NCBI RefSeq assembly: GCF_004010195.1
Contig: NC_057750.1
Coordinates: 18,107,466-18,171,465, forward strand
Length of the DNA stretch: 64,000 nucleotides
Source: Chiloscyllium plagiosum
Taxonomy: Eukaryota
Direction of reading: 5' to 3'
A program made the position numbers and the translations under genes. The notes beneath the pieces are model-generated. The model had not been told where the DNA came from. It did no database searches and was given only the letters and a program-made list of their open reading frames with translations. Positions 25,601 through 40,600 of the stretch are shown here, piece by piece. The first letter of the stretch is position 1. Each line of letters begins with the position of its first letter.

Positions 25601-28600
25601 GATGGCCTGTGGTGACAAATAGTTAAATAAGTAAAAGATTTATGAATGGAGCAATTTTATATTATCAACAGCAGCAATCATTCAAAAGTTATGTCATCAT
25701 CTAAAAGATTATAAGTTAAAATAGATTGATTAATACTCTTTTGTTGTAATTCTGCATTGAACAAAAATAGGAAAATAAGACATTGCTATTTAAGGCTTAT
25801 CCATGCTCCTAAGCTTCACAGAATACAAGCTCAATTAGTGCATAATAAATTTTTGAAGGCTTGGTGACTATTTGTATACATACAGCTTGCCTGCCCCTTA
25901 AAGATGGTCACCCAGCTGGTATCCCTGATTAAGGCAATCGACAATTATTGGCCATATAAGGATACTTAAACAAAATACCATTTCTGGGAGTACATTCGCG
26001 TGCCAAACGTAGATAGTGATATCTGATTAGATGTCAGTAATGTAATGTTAATACCCTCTCTCAACCTCACACAGCTGAAAATTCAGTAGTCGGAAGGACC
26101 ACCCACTGGTTTACTTAAAGGGATCATCAACTACCTTCAGATTAGTTGCTGATTCGCTTCTACAGCTGTTTGGCTGTGACTGGAGCAGGTTTGGGTTAAT
26201 TTAAAGTTGCTATCATTTACAGTGAGTGCATGGCAGATGTCAAAAGGACTTTGTGTTGATTTTGAGAATTCTGCATAAACCACTTCCTCCCAATATGAGT
26301 AAGCTACAACCAGCTTAGAACACTGTGCAAACATGGAGAATCCCCTCCTGAATGGCATTGTGGGTCAACCCACAGCAGATAGACCGCAGTCATTTAAGTA
26401 CTCATCACCACCACCTTCTCAAGGGCAACTGGGGATGTGCAACAAATGCAGGCCAGCCAACAAGGCTCACTTCCCACAAATTAATTTATAAAAAAAAAGA
26501 GTAAAGATGATGAGCAGCACGTCAAACTGGTCAGGATGAGAAAAGAAACAGATGTAATAAAACAATGTTTTTAAATATTAAACACAATCAGTGCAATGTG
26601 GAGGAACAACAATCAGATTCAGTATTTTTGGGCTTAGAAAAAGGGCACAGAAAACAACTCCTAAGTGAGTCACTATTTCCTGATAGAATTACTTCAGGGA
26701 GATATCTAAGGACTGCAGGACTTGGGCAGTTTTAACTACGATCTCTTTCTCTCAACTCCTCCAAGGCAAGCAGCTTGCTAATATCCTCTTGGAGTCCTGC
26801 CTTTTTATTGGGTGGAGTGTTCAATAATCCCCGAGAGACCATACTCTGGCATCAATCACCATTTTCAGACTTTAGTGCTTCATATCTTTGCAGAATATAG
26901 CAGAGAATCATGACTGAAGAGAAACAAAATACTCGGGAAATCTTTTAACAAACCTCATCAAGAATGGCACGTTTTGAAACGCGTTCATCCTCAAACAGCA
27001 GCTCCCTTAACTCACTGAAACGATTCTGCATAAGCTTGCGCCACTCTCTCTCTCTCAATGTGTGCAGCAGTGGATTCTTTCTGCTTTTCTTCAGCTCCGA
27101 CATATTGTAAATCTTTAAAATAAAAAGGTTACCTGTTGCAGTGACATGCAAACCCGTGACTGCAGAAGATGGCTGTAATTGTATCCAATTAAATATCCAA
27201 TTAATCCAGAAAGCTTCGCACAGTCAGGAAGCAGAGATGACATTCATAGTGAAATGCAGCCCAAGTGAGTATGTAGTTCAGGGAATTTGGAGGCAGCATG
27301 GGAATTTAGTGAAGAGGGGAAGAGGTACTTTCTGCTTGCTTTTCTTTTGGCTCAGTTTGTAAGGTTTTTATTTAACAAGATACAGTGAAGCCCAGGATCA
27401 GAGATCCAGTATAATAATGACATCACAGGTAAACCATAAGTCTATTGGGTTGGTGATAAGCATTACTTTGACTATGATAGGTTACTTACAGATTGAAGGA
27501 AAATAAGGGAAGTATTTACACAGTACAAACCAAAAGACCAATGGGAAACTTTTAAAACTCAATTTAAGAACTAAGTAAATAAAATAGAGATGCGGGTCAG
27601 GCAATGTGTTGTATCTGCATAATGTGGGAGCTGTTAGACCCCATTGTTGTTCATAGTGACCATATCTGGTGCAAGTGTTGGATGCTTCAGGAGCTCCAGC
27701 TCAGGGTTTATAAGCTGGTGTCTGGGCTTCAAACACTGCAACATGTCAAGGAGAGGGATAGTTACCTTGACACTATGTTTCAGGAGACAGTCACACAATC
27801 CTTACATTAACTACCTTAAATTCAGTCAGCAGTCAGGGAAAGGAGGGTGTGCCTATGTATGAGGCAGGTAGAGGGTTCCAGGAGGTAGTGCCAAAGGCAA
27901 CTCAGCCCTTGAGCTTGAAGAACAGGTTTGAGATTCTTCTCCCTGTCTGGATGAGGTCTGGAGTTGTTGGGAGGATGAACATAGCACCGTGGTTCAGGGG
28001 AGCCATTCAAGAGGAGAGAGAAAAGAGAAATGTAGTTGTAACGAGGGATAGTATAGTCAGAGGAACAGACATTGTTCTTTGTGGCCAGGATCAAGAGTCC
28101 CGAAGACTGTGTTGCCTGCCTGGTGCCGGAGTTCAGGATATTTAAATCGGGGTGCAGAGAAACTTGGAGTTGGAAGGGAAAGATCCAGTTGATGTGGTCC
28201 ATGTACATACCAATGACACAGATACTAAGAGGAAAGAGGTTCTGCTGAGGGAATATAAGCAGCTTGGGCAAGATTAAAAAGCAGGCATTTCTGAATTACT
28301 ACCTGAGCCATGAACTAATTGACACAGGGTCAACAAGATTAAAGTAGTAAATATGTGGCTCAAAAATTGGTATGGGAGAAATGGGCTCAAACTCCTGGGA
28401 CATTGGCACCAGTACTGGAGAAGGAGGGAGCTGTTCTAATGGAATGAACTCCACCTGAATCACGCTGGGACCGGAGTCCTAGCGAATCACATCACTAGGG
28501 TTGTGGATGAGGCTTTAAACTGAATAGTCGGGGAGAGTGGGTGTAGTTGCATGGAAAATTATGAAAAAAAGTTAAGGGGGAGTAAAGGGCTCAGAAGTTA

Positions 28601-31600
28601 TTAAAGTTTCTAGAACAAGCAATATGACAGAATGTATGGAAAAGCTCAGGAATCTAACTACATGCACAGCAGCTAAGGGGACAATTATCAGAAGGAGGGG
28701 TAGACAATGCAGGACTGAGGGTTTTGAACTTAAATGCGCGCAGTATAATAAAACAAGGTAAATTAGCTCGTTGCGCAGACTGAAATTGGCAGATACGATG
28801 TGCGGCTGTTACAGAGACATTGCTACAAGGAGTTCGGGGCTGGGAACTAAATATCCAAGGATATGCATCTTATCAATAGGACAGGCAGATGGGCAGAGGG
28901 GGTGGAGTTGCCTTGTTAGTAAGAAATGAAATTAAATCAATAGCAAGAAGTGATATAGAGTCAGAAGGCACAGAACCCATGTGGGTAGAGTTGAGGAACT
29001 GCAAAGGGGGAGGAAAAAAGATCCTGATGGGCATTATGTACAGGCTTCTGAGCAATGGTCAGGATGTGGGACAGAAAATCAATCGAGAGATAGAAAAGTA
29101 AAAAAGGCACAACTACATTTATTGTGGAGAACTTCAATATGCAGGTGGAATGGGAAAAAGCAAGTTGGTGGTAGATCCCAAGAAAAGGAATTTGTGTAAT
29201 GTCTAAGACTGTTTTATTGGAGCAGCATGTGATAGAGCCCACTAGGGAACAGGCAATTCTGGATCTGGTGATGTAAAATGAGGCAGACTTGATAAGGGAG
29301 CTTACTGTAAAGGTATCCCGAGGTGGCAGTGACATAATATGACAGAATTCATGCTGCAGTTTCAGAGGCAGCAGACGTAACAGAACTACAATGACCCCAG
29401 TCAAGGGCTTATGACTGAAACGTCAAGTCTCCTGCTCCTTGGATGCAGTGCTTTTCCAGCATCATACACTCGACTACAATTGAGCAAAGGCAACTACGAA
29501 AGGTATGAGGGAGGAACCTGCCAGAGTTGACTGGAAGGGGAGCGTAGCAAGGAAGATGGTGGAGCAGGAATGGTAGGTGCTTCTTGAGGTAATTCGGGAG
29601 GCACAGCAGAAATTTATCCCCAAGGAAGAAGAAACATATGGAGGGAATGGTGAGGCAATGATGGTTGACAAGGGAAGTCAGGTACAGCATAAAAGCAAAG
29701 CAGCAGTATACAATGTGGTCGCGATTAGTGGGAAGACAGAGGATTGGGAAGCCTTTAAAAACCAACAGAGGATAACTAAAAAAGCAAGAAGCAGGGAGAA
29801 ATGAGGTAGCTAGTAATATAAGAGAAGAGTGCAAGCATTTTTCTTGACATATAAAAAGGTAAAAGGCGGCAACAGTGGACATTGGACTGCTAGAAAATGA
29901 GGCTAGGGAAGTAGCAATGGAAACAAAGAAATACATTGGAATCGATATTTTGCATCAGTGTTAACAGGAGAAGACACCAGTACCATACCAGAGCTTTGAG
30001 AGTGTCAGGAGGCAAAGTTAAGAGTGGTGGCCATCATTAAGGGGAAGGTGTTGCAAAAGCTGAAAGGTCTGAAAAGAGATAAATCAGCTTGACCGGATGG
30101 ACTATACTTCAGAGTTGTGAAGGAGACAGCTGAAAAGATCGTACAGGTCTTGATCATTAAGGAATCACTGGAGTCAGAGAGGATCTCAAAAAACTGGAAA
30201 ATAGCTAATGTAACACCATTGTTTAAGAAAGGAGGGAGGTGTAGGACAGTTAGCCTGACCTTGGTTGTTGCTAAGATTTGAAGCCTGTTATTAAGGAAAA
30301 GATTACAGAGTGCTTGGAAGTTTAAGATAAAATAGGGTGGAGTCAACACCGCTTCGCCAAGGGGAGGTCACACGCGACAAATCTGTTAGACCTCTTTGAG
30401 GAAGTAATAAGTTAGACAAAAGAGAACCCGTGGATATGATCCATTTGGGGAGGCAATGGCCGAGTCACTGGACTGTTAATCAACAGATCCAGGTCATGAC
30501 CTGGGGCTCTGGATTTGAATCCTGCCCAGGGAGATGGTGAAATTTGTATTCAATTAAAATCTGGAATTAGGAGTCTAATGATAACCACAAATCCATTGTC
30601 AGAAAATCCCACTGGTTCACGAATGTTCTTCAGAGAAGAAAACTGCCACCTTTATCTGGTCTGGCCTACATGCGACTCCATAACCAGAGCAATATAGTTG
30701 AGTCTAAACTGCCCTCTGTGCAATTAGAGATGGCCAATAAATGCTGGCCAGGCCAGTGATGCCCTAGTTCATTAATGAATTTTTAAAAAAACAAAATCGA
30801 CATTTGGGTCTCCAGAAGGCCTTTAACAATATATCGCACAGGAAGCTGCTACAAAAGATGAGCCCATATTGGGGTTTGGGGCAACATACTGGCATGGGCA
30901 GAGGATTGGCTGACTGGCACAGGTCAGTGGGATAAAGGGTTATTTTTTCAGGATGGCAGCAGTAACTAGTGAAGTTCCGCATTGGTCAGTGTTGGGACCC
31001 ACAACTATTCATATTATATATCAATGATCTGGATGAAGGAACTGAGGGCATTGTTACTAAGTTTGCAGAAGACACAAAAATAGGTGGAGGGATAGGTAGT
31101 ACTGAGGAAGCGGGAGGTTGCAGAAGAACCTGGGCAGGCTCGGTGACTGAGCAAAGATGTGGCAGATGAAATACAATGTGGGAAAAGTGTGAAGTTATGC
31201 ACTTTGACAGGAAAGTTTGAGGGATAGACTATTTTCAAAATGGGAAACACTTCTGAAATCTGAAGGTCAAAGGCATTTTTGGGAGTCCTAATTCGTAATT
31301 CCCTTAAGGTTAACATGTAGGCTCATTTGGCAGTTAAGAAGGCTAATGCAATTAGCATTAATTTCAAGAGGGTTAGAATACAAGCACAGAGATCTACTGC
31401 TGAGGCTGTTCAAGGTTATGGTCACATTGTATTTGAAATATTCTGAGCAGTTTTGGACATCGTATCTAAGGAAGGGTCTGCTGGGGTTAGAGGGATCCAG
31501 AAGAGGTTTTCAAGAATGATCCCCAGGATGAAGGGTTTGTCATACAAGGATTGGTTGAGGACTCTGGATATATTCTCAATAGATCTGATGTGCAGAAGAT

Positions 31601-34600
31601 GTTTCCACAAGTAGGAGATTCTACCATCTGGAATACAGCGTGAGAGTACAGGGGCGACCCTTTGGAATGGAGATAAGGAGGAATGTCTTCAGCCAAGAGG
31701 TCAATCTGTGGTACTTGGTTCTGCAGAATGCTGTGGAGGCCACATTGTGTGTATTTAAGACAGGGATAGACAAGTTCTTGATTAGTAACAGGATCAATGG
31801 TATAGCAGATACGATAGGCTGAATGGCGTAATTATACTCCTGTACCTTATAGCCTACGGTCAATAAAATACTGGTGAAAGGAAAGATTAAACATTTCTGG
31901 CATGAAGGACAAAAGAAATTAATTCCCAATTACCATCAGGAAGTGAACCAGGATACTGACAATAATATATCCAAGTGTGCAGAACTGGATCAAGCCATGG
32001 GTTCAATGAGTCCCATAAACCATCTAGATCTAGGATACATCCCAAACAATTTTAGTACCATTAGACAAGCTGATTTGATATCATCAATCATAAGATTATA
32101 ACAAAATATAAGAAGAGTTATCTACCAGGTTGATGAGACGACATTAATTGACAACAAGACTGCAAATTTAAATCAGCTCCAAGGTGTATCAGGGATTATA
32201 ATTTCAGATAAGAAAAATCTAAAAAGGAAGAACATTCAAAAGAAATAGCTCTAAAGACTGTAGAAAAATTGGACTCCTGATCTTTAATGATATTTACATA
32301 GGTTAACCTATGCACTGATATACGCAATCAATATTATACTAGTAAGGCAAATAGGAAGAGACCATTTGCACTTAATAACAAGGTAATAAATTAAATGAAT
32401 CCAAAGAATGTGCCCAGCTGGAGAAATACACAACAGGTCGTTCGGATGTGGTCATTGCAGTATTATTCCAGGGGTATGTGCAGAAGTCAGGTCGGCTGGA
32501 TTAGAAACTGTGGCAGAGACTCGACAGACCCAAATGTTTGCTGGTCTAGAATTTAATAATTCTGCATCAAAAATCACATTTTACAGAACTAGTAAATGCT
32601 TATCCTATCAGAAGACATTGATATCACAAAATTGAAAAACAGGATTAAATCAATGCCATGCATGAAGACTTACCTTTCTCTTGGGTGAAAATTTGTGAGA
32701 TTGAGAATAATTGTGAAAATGCCATCTGAAAACAAAAAGGTTCAATTATTACAAAATATACGCATGCTAAATGAGAAGAGGATTCAGTCCCTACAGTACT
32801 GGCTGGAGACAAACAGTTCATATCTAAGTCAGCTATGGGCATGTACTTTTAGAATGGTAATCGGGACATGGTGTTGTTTGTGTGTTGTACAGAGCTTTTG
32901 GGTGAGTTCATCAAGAATGAGAGCCTGAGAGGGGTGACTATTCCAGGAAACACAGGCCTACAAGTTAAAGCCTCCCTTTACATGGAGGGCATCATTTTTC
33001 ACTCAGGTTCACCGTCAGTGCACCGAATCATGAGCATCTGTGACCAGTTCGAATTGACCTTGGGAGCTAAAGTAAATAGAGGCAAGAGCAAGGCCATGTT
33101 CTTTTGGATCTGGGCTGACCAATCCTTTATCCCCCTTCACCATCAGGTCAGGTTATCTGAAGGTGCTATGAATATGATTCAGTGGGGTCAGGACACACGG
33201 GACAACTTGGGAGGAGCGTACTGCCAAGATTTTGGAGAAACTGCTCCCTCTCCATTCTGAGTAATAACCTGGGCATCAAGTGTGAGGTACTCTTGGTGTT
33301 GTTATATGTGGCCTATTCTCCAAGCCTGCCGTTTTCATTTTATCTGGAGATCAAAGATAGACAATGTCTAAAGGGACAATATGTACAATGTTTTGGATAA
33401 GGTGGGTGCAGATGACGTATCCAACGCTGTCTTCATCTTGATGGCCATCTTTGTGCGTGGCTACATCAAGTTGTGTGTAGATGCTTGGTGCACAAACACT
33501 AGTGTCTTTATGTACTGAGGTTCTACCTGTCCCCCATGTTACAAAGGATGGGCTTGGCCTTTTTGCCACAGAACCTTATTGCCAGTAGTTGGACTGTACT
33601 GACTCCCATGGAACAATTTGCAAACATAAACCATTTTTGACCACAAGTCCCTCAGGGAGTGGTCAACTTGCAGCATCCTTGAGAATCTGCAGAAGGAGAA
33701 GGCGGATCACGTTGGGTAGTTCTCTGAACAGACTCTCAAAGCTATTTGGCAGAACGGGGCGGGGTGTGTGATACTGGTGGTGGACTGACATTGTCACACA
33801 TCTACTTTGCGACAAAGACCTGGAAAGAAATGCAGTTATTTTTGTCAAGGTTCTTTCTGAGCAGCTCTGTAACTCTGGACTCTATCTTCTACCACCTGCA
33901 CCCTGAGATGCAGACTGAGACTATAAACTCTGTGAAAGGCGCTTTTCAGTTTGCCTGAAATTTGCTCCAGTGTATAGACTTGACTTCAACTGAGTGTTAC
34001 AGATTGGCACATTCTAAGGTCCAGAACTAAGCTCTGAGGGATGCACTGAAGTTTGAAGTAACTCCTGCCAAAGTGCAGTAGGGAAAGACCACTGTCTAGA
34101 GTCTTTCTGCCGAAGTACAACAGGGATCAGTTCAACTATCACACCCTCTCACTGCCTTAAAATGTATGTAAATAGTGACCTGCTTGAGTAGAAAATGTCT
34201 TTGGTAGCAACTACAGGTAGCCCCTGCTATTTGAAAGCAGAGCGTTCCCAGGAAACCTTTCATAAGCCGAAAATGGCGTAAAGAAGGTGCATGATTTATA
34301 TGGGAAAAAGTGTCGCTGTTTCCCGTAAAAGGAAAAATCCTCTTCGGATTCGCAAAAACAGGTACTGATGTAGGTCTTTCGTGAAAGCGAATTGCGGAAA
34401 GTGAATGTTCAAAAAGCAGGGGATACCTGTACAGTGAATGTCAAATTTCAACTTTTTTTAATTTGAAAAGACTGTACATAATACTTTAGTACCTTATGTA
34501 TGTATGCATAATAATATTTTTTAGAATAAAGTAGATTTTTGCAACAACAAAAGAATCTGAACGTGGCGATGGAAAGCCACCAAGAGCCAGCACCTTAAGG

Positions 34601-37600
34601 ACAGGAGGAAAAAGGAACCTTCTCAGCAGTGTGTTCTGAAGCCAGTGTTCTCATTCCTTTGTCAAGCAAAGTGGAGCTTACGCTATTTCTACATGGTAAC
34701 TGTGGAGGCTGGTGTTTAGGGTAGGGATAAATAAAATCAAAAAAAGTTGTGATTGGCAGCTTTTTCATATTACCTAATGAGTGAGTCTACATGACTGGAA
34801 GCAGATTACTTACCCTAAAAGCAAAAGCTGCAAGGACCAGGGACACCAATAGTAGAGAAATGCATATTCTACCGAAGTTACTGGTATGACTTAATATATT
34901 ACTTCACAAAAACTACAAAGCATATCTGAAACATATGTTAACTGTAAAATGGCACAGTGCCATCAGTACTATCCCTCAGTGGCTGCTAGTTCCACATTTT
35001 CAGTATGTTTTTAAAACTAGCAAAGTCAGAAAGCAGGCAAGCATTTTGCTAAACTTTAAGAGAGGACAACACTTGCTGCCCTACAAATGTGACAAATTGT
35101 GGCCTGTGCATTCTTCATTCCAAACAGTGAATTCTCATTTCAACCACTGCAGTGAGGCAATCAGAGCTGTCTAGCGGTACAGAGAGAAATCCTGGAGGGG
35201 CCGCCCTGTGGCCCCGGTCTGGAAATGTACACACATGATGACAAAAAACTTCAACATCAAAGTGATGACAATTGCTGAAATGATCCCACCTGGGAGGTGC
35301 ACATAATTTTTCAGCTGTTGAAGTTTCATCAGCTACTTCACCATCTTCCATCTCAACATCAAAATATTCAGCGTCTGAATGACTCTGTATGGGATATATG
35401 AACACAAGAAAACGTCAAGAATGAAAAAAGACCATCTGACCCGCAAAATAATCCAATTTACCCAGTCAAACACCTACTGCCTTCAGAACTCCCCATATTT
35501 GTACTTAAAAGAGCTAAACTGTACACAATAAAGACTTCTGTTTCCAAGATTAATTTTGAACTTGCTTTTCACTAATTAAAATTGGAGTTCCCTTGGCTCA
35601 TTGGTCTAACTTACCTTGAATTAATATTCCCAATATCCATACTAGATAAGGCTAAACTTTCATCGGTACGTAGGGAGAAGCAATTAGCCACTGGTGTTAA
35701 TAGAAAGAACTCTGGATTCCACAGAAGACTCACTGGACTCAATGTTAAACCTGTTTCTCTTCCCACAGATGCTGTATGTGTTTCTCCAACACTTTCTGTT
35801 TTTACTGCAGATTTTCTGCACCCACAATATTTTGCTTTCATAGCAGCTGGTGTTAGTTTGCATATATCTTGAACTGCAGATAGTAGTTTTAGTTCTGGCT
35901 TTGAATTTGTGCACCAAATGAGGTAACAAAAGCTTGAAAATAAAGTGTCTTTTCCTAAGCCCTAACTAGACAAAATTCAAGGAGAAAAGCATATTAAGTA
36001 AAATATGCAATGTAACACCCAGGTTTGAATTACAGTCTGACAGAATTTAGTTTTCTCTTAGATTTAAGGGAGATGGTGCCATTGGGGTAATGGTGGTGGT
36101 AATTCAGAGACCCAGGCTAACATCCGGGAGACATGGAATCAAGTTCCACCACAGCAACTGCTAGAATTTAAATTCAATTAATAAATCTGGTATCAAAAGC
36201 TAGTCTCAGTGGTGACTATTGATTGGCGTAAAAACTCACATGGTTCACTCATGTTCTTTAAGGAAGGAAATTTGCTATCTTTATCAGGTCTGCACTACAC
36301 ATGACTTAAGCGAGTAACTCTTAAAAAGCCTTCTGAAATAGTCTTATAAGCTATTCAGCTCAAGGGCAACCACCAACGGGTAACTAATGTTGGTCTTGAT
36401 GATGTCCACATCCCATGAAAGAAACAAAGAACAAATCAAAGCTCCATAATACTGACACTTCAGAATTATTTATAAGTAGCTCACTTTTGGCTTTGTGTTT
36501 TCTAAAGTAGTTGAATTATCATTTACATCAATAGATGAGTAATGGTACCCAAGCATGACAACTAAGGAAAACTATAATGAACCTTCAAGTTCAGCGAGCA
36601 AACCTACATCCAAAATTATAATGTTTTCAGTCAAACCTTTCCAAGGATCAGAGTGCAACATGAAGCATATGAGCATTGTAGCAAATCTACATCTGATACA
36701 CAAAGCCAATTACACAGAATGTGAGCTCAAATAGAAACTAAAAATCTTTTATGGCCGATTTGAATTGGAAAGTATCACACTGTTAGAAAAAAGTGATGAC
36801 ATCAGATGCTATACGACATCATTGATAAGGTTACAAACATACTGTCAAATCACCCCATCAGCAGTGTGAGAGAACTGGAGTCATTCAGCAATTTAAGGAG
36901 ATGGCTCACCATCATTTCTCAAGGACAATTAGTCATGAGAAATAAATGTTGGCTTTTTCTCTGATCCCTACATTCCATGAATAAGTCGAGATCATGCTAT
37001 GGTGTTCAATTCTCACTGTCCTGATATTGTATTCTATCAATCACTGTGAACCATATTGGAATTGATCCGCAAATTGCTATTATTGCAGACAAGTGTCAGC
37101 ACTGATTACATGCTGCTCATGCTCACAGCCCTCTGGATCATATAAGCAAGTACCATGGGCCGTGTGTAACTGTTACTACAAACCTTGAGTACATTGTACA
37201 GTATTCAACAATTATACATCTGGTTTTTCTGCATCATCAAGTCGTAATTTGAACAAATCTGAAGTGATGTAATTATAACAAGTTTGGCCGAAACCTTATC
37301 AAAGATGCCCTCTTGCAAATAATGATCTGGGGTTCAGACAATTGGATTCCAACAACCAAAACAATGAATGTTGTTAACAACCATTACTGTTGTTAACATC
37401 CCTGCAACATACAACTGAGTGTGGCATTAAAAAGCCCTTTTAAGATTGAAGTTTATGGAATCGGGGAAGATTCCACTGGCTGGAGTCATACAGCATGGAA
37501 ACAGACCCATCTGTCCAACCTGTTCAAATGAATGGTTTGATTTATGAGGGGAAGCTGGATAGGCTGGGACTTTTTTTTTTTACAGGAGTGTAGGAGTTTG

Positions 37601-40600
37601 AGGGGTGACCTTATAAAGGTTTATAAAAACATGAGGAGTATAGATAAATATTAGATTAGATTGCCTAAAGTGTCAAAACAGGCCCTTCGGCCCAACAAGT
37701 CCACACCCACCCTCCGAAGAGTAACCCACCCAGACCCATTTCTCTCTGACTAATGCACCTAACACTATGGGCAATTTATAAAGGAGTATAGATAATGGCA
37801 GGTGGGAAATTTCAAGACTAGGGTGCATGTTTTTAAGGTGAGACAAGAAAGATTGAAAAAAATACATCAGGGACAATTATGTTTTACACAGAGTGGATCG
37901 CGTGTGGAACGAGCTTCCAGAGGAAGTGGTGGATGAGGATTCAGTTATGATGTTTAAAAGACATTTCGACAAGTATATGAATAAAAACGGTTTGGAGGGA
38001 TATGGACCAAACGCAGGCAGGTGGGACTAGTTTAGTTTAGGATTATGGCTCTGCATGAACAGGTTGGACAGATGGGTCTGTTTCCATGCTGTATGACTCC
38101 AGCCAGTGGAATCTTCCCCGATTCCATAAACTTCAATGTTAAAAGGGCTTTTTAATGCCACACTCAGTTGTATGTTGCAGGGATGTTAACAACAGTAATG
38201 TAATGTGTGACGTTGCTGTAGCTTTAAGAGGTGTGTTTTGTCCTGGTTTCTTTTAAAGAGATAGGGGGACAGGTGACAAGCACTCTGTGAGAAGATAAAA
38301 ACTTGTGAGGCTTTGGGTTTTTTTTTTAAGTTGGAACAACAGAAGCAGCTTGAGTGGGTGTGGCCAAGCTCTCTCAGATACAAGACCCTTTTTCAGTTAA
38401 TTTTCAGCTGTTGTTGCTGGGGTCTCAGCAGGTTTGCAAGGCAGAGAATCTCTCCTAGCTGCTACAGTCTCTCAGTTTTCTCTCAGAAGACTGGGGCTGT
38501 TTTCCCTGGATTGTCGGAGGCTGTGCAGTGACCTTAAAAAATCATGAGGGGCTTGGATAGGATAAACAGGCAAGGTCTTTTCCCCAAGGTGGAGAGTCCA
38601 GAACTAGAGGGCATAGGTTTAGGATGAGAGGTTAAAAGATATGAAAGGGACCCAAGGAGCAATTATTTCACACAGAGGGTGGTGCGTGTATGGAATGAGC
38701 TGCCAGAGGAAGTGGTGGAGGCTGGTACAATTACAGCGTTTAAAAGGCATCTGGACGGGTATATAAACAGGAAGGATTTCGAGGGATGTTTGCCAAGTGC
38801 TGGCAAATGGGACTAGATTAGGTTAGAATAACTGGTTGGCATGGACAAGTTGGACCGAGGCATCTGTTTCCTTGCTGTACATCTCTATGACTCTAATTAG
38901 ACCATAAAACACAGGAGTGGAAGTAGGGCCATTCGACCTATCAAGTCCACTCTGCCATTTAATCATGGCTGATGGACATTTCAATTCCACTTACCCGCAC
39001 TCTCCCCGTAGCCCTTAATTCCTTGCAAGATCAAGAATTTATCAATCACTGCCTTGAAGACACCCAATGTCCAGGCCTCCACTGCGCTCCATGACAATGA
39101 ATTCCACAGGGTCACCACTCTCAGGCTGAAGAAGTGTCTCTTCATTTCCGTTCTAAATTGACCCCCTCTAATTTTAAGGCTGTGCCCACGGATCCTAGTC
39201 TTCCCGCCTAACGGAAACAACTTCCCAGCGTCAACCTTTTCTAAGCCATGCATTATCTTGTAAACTTCTATTAGATCTCCCCTCAACCTTCTAAACTCTA
39301 ATGAACACAATCCCAGGATCCTCAGCCGATCATCATATGTTAGGCCTGCCATTCCAGGGATCATCAGTGTGAATTGTCTTTTGGTGTTCTTTCCTCCTGG
39401 ATTGGAGGACTGCCTATGAGAAAATCTGCTTTTTGAATTTGCCTTTTTGCCAAGGATGTGTTTATGGGCTGTCATTGTATTGGAACACTTAATTAACATA
39501 TTTGAGGGGTTCTGGTCTAGTTATAACAAATGTAAATTTTGCCATGGAGGTGTCAATGCCAAAGTCCAGAGAATAGCAGTGGAGGATGCAATTTAACTCC
39601 GATAAGTGTGAGTGATGCACCTTGGAAGAAAATAGAAGGGAGTATTTGTTGAAAGGTGGAACACTATGAAGCTCAAAGGTACAGAATGATCTTGGGGTGC
39701 TGGTACACGGAATCCCTAAAGGTGACAGGACAAATCAACAGTTTAGTTAAGAGGGTATATAGACAGAACTGCCTTAGCAGTTATGGTATAGATTATAAGA
39801 GTAGTGGAGGTCATATTGGAGCTGTACAGAACTTTGGTTAGGCCACAGCTAGAGTACTGTGTATAGTTCTGATCATTACAGAACAAGATGGTTGTGATTG
39901 CACTGGAGGGGTGCAGATGAGATTCACCAGAACGTTGCCCGGGATGGAACATTTCAGCTGTGAAGGGATGCTGGTTAAGCGGGAACCTGATTGAGGTGTA
40001 TTTGCTTATGAAGGGCATGAACATGGAGAATAGAAAGCTGCTGTTTTCCGTGGTTGAAGGGTAAATAATGAGGTATAATGTTAAAATGAAAGGCAGAGAG
40101 GTTTAGAGGTGTTTTGAGGAAGCACTTACTCACCCAGAGGGTGGTGGGGGTCTAGAATGCACTGCCAGGGAGGGTAGTTGAGGTAAGAAACATTAGGAAA
40201 CAAGGGGACATAAATTTAAGGTGAAGGGTGGAAGGTATAGGGGGGATGTCAGGGGTAGGTTCTTTACCCAGAGAGTGGTGGAGGCATGGAATGCGCTGCC
40301 TGTGGGAGTGGCAGAGTCAGAATCGTTGGTGACCTTTAAGCGGCAATTGGATAGGTACATGGATAGGTGCTTAAGCTAGGACAAACGTTCGGCACAACAT
40401 CATGGGCCGAAGGGCCTGTTCTGTGCTGTATTGTTCTATGTTCTATTATAACCTTTAAAAAGTTGGATGAACACATGGAAGTATCATAATATTCAAGGCA
40501 ATGGGCCTAGTGAAGGAAATGGGACAAGTATAGGTAGTAATGTACTTTTGGTGATAGTGATTTGAGAGGTTTCTTAAACTGAAATATTACTTTAAATTCG

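Larger units (their letters stand above)
27590..31850 (+). mobile_element. Near-full-length degenerate CR1 LINE (ORF1 esterase-like, ORF2 APE+RT)
   Basis: [22 protein letters not shown] (ORF1), LNARSI and [10 protein letters not shown] (APE), [19 protein letters not shown] (RT). Many stops and frameshifts. Confidence 0.9.

Noticed and set aside
38205..38530. Possible LTR of another element (TG start, continuing near 39370-39520)
   Set aside because: No second LTR, PBS or internal domains to support it; left uncalled.
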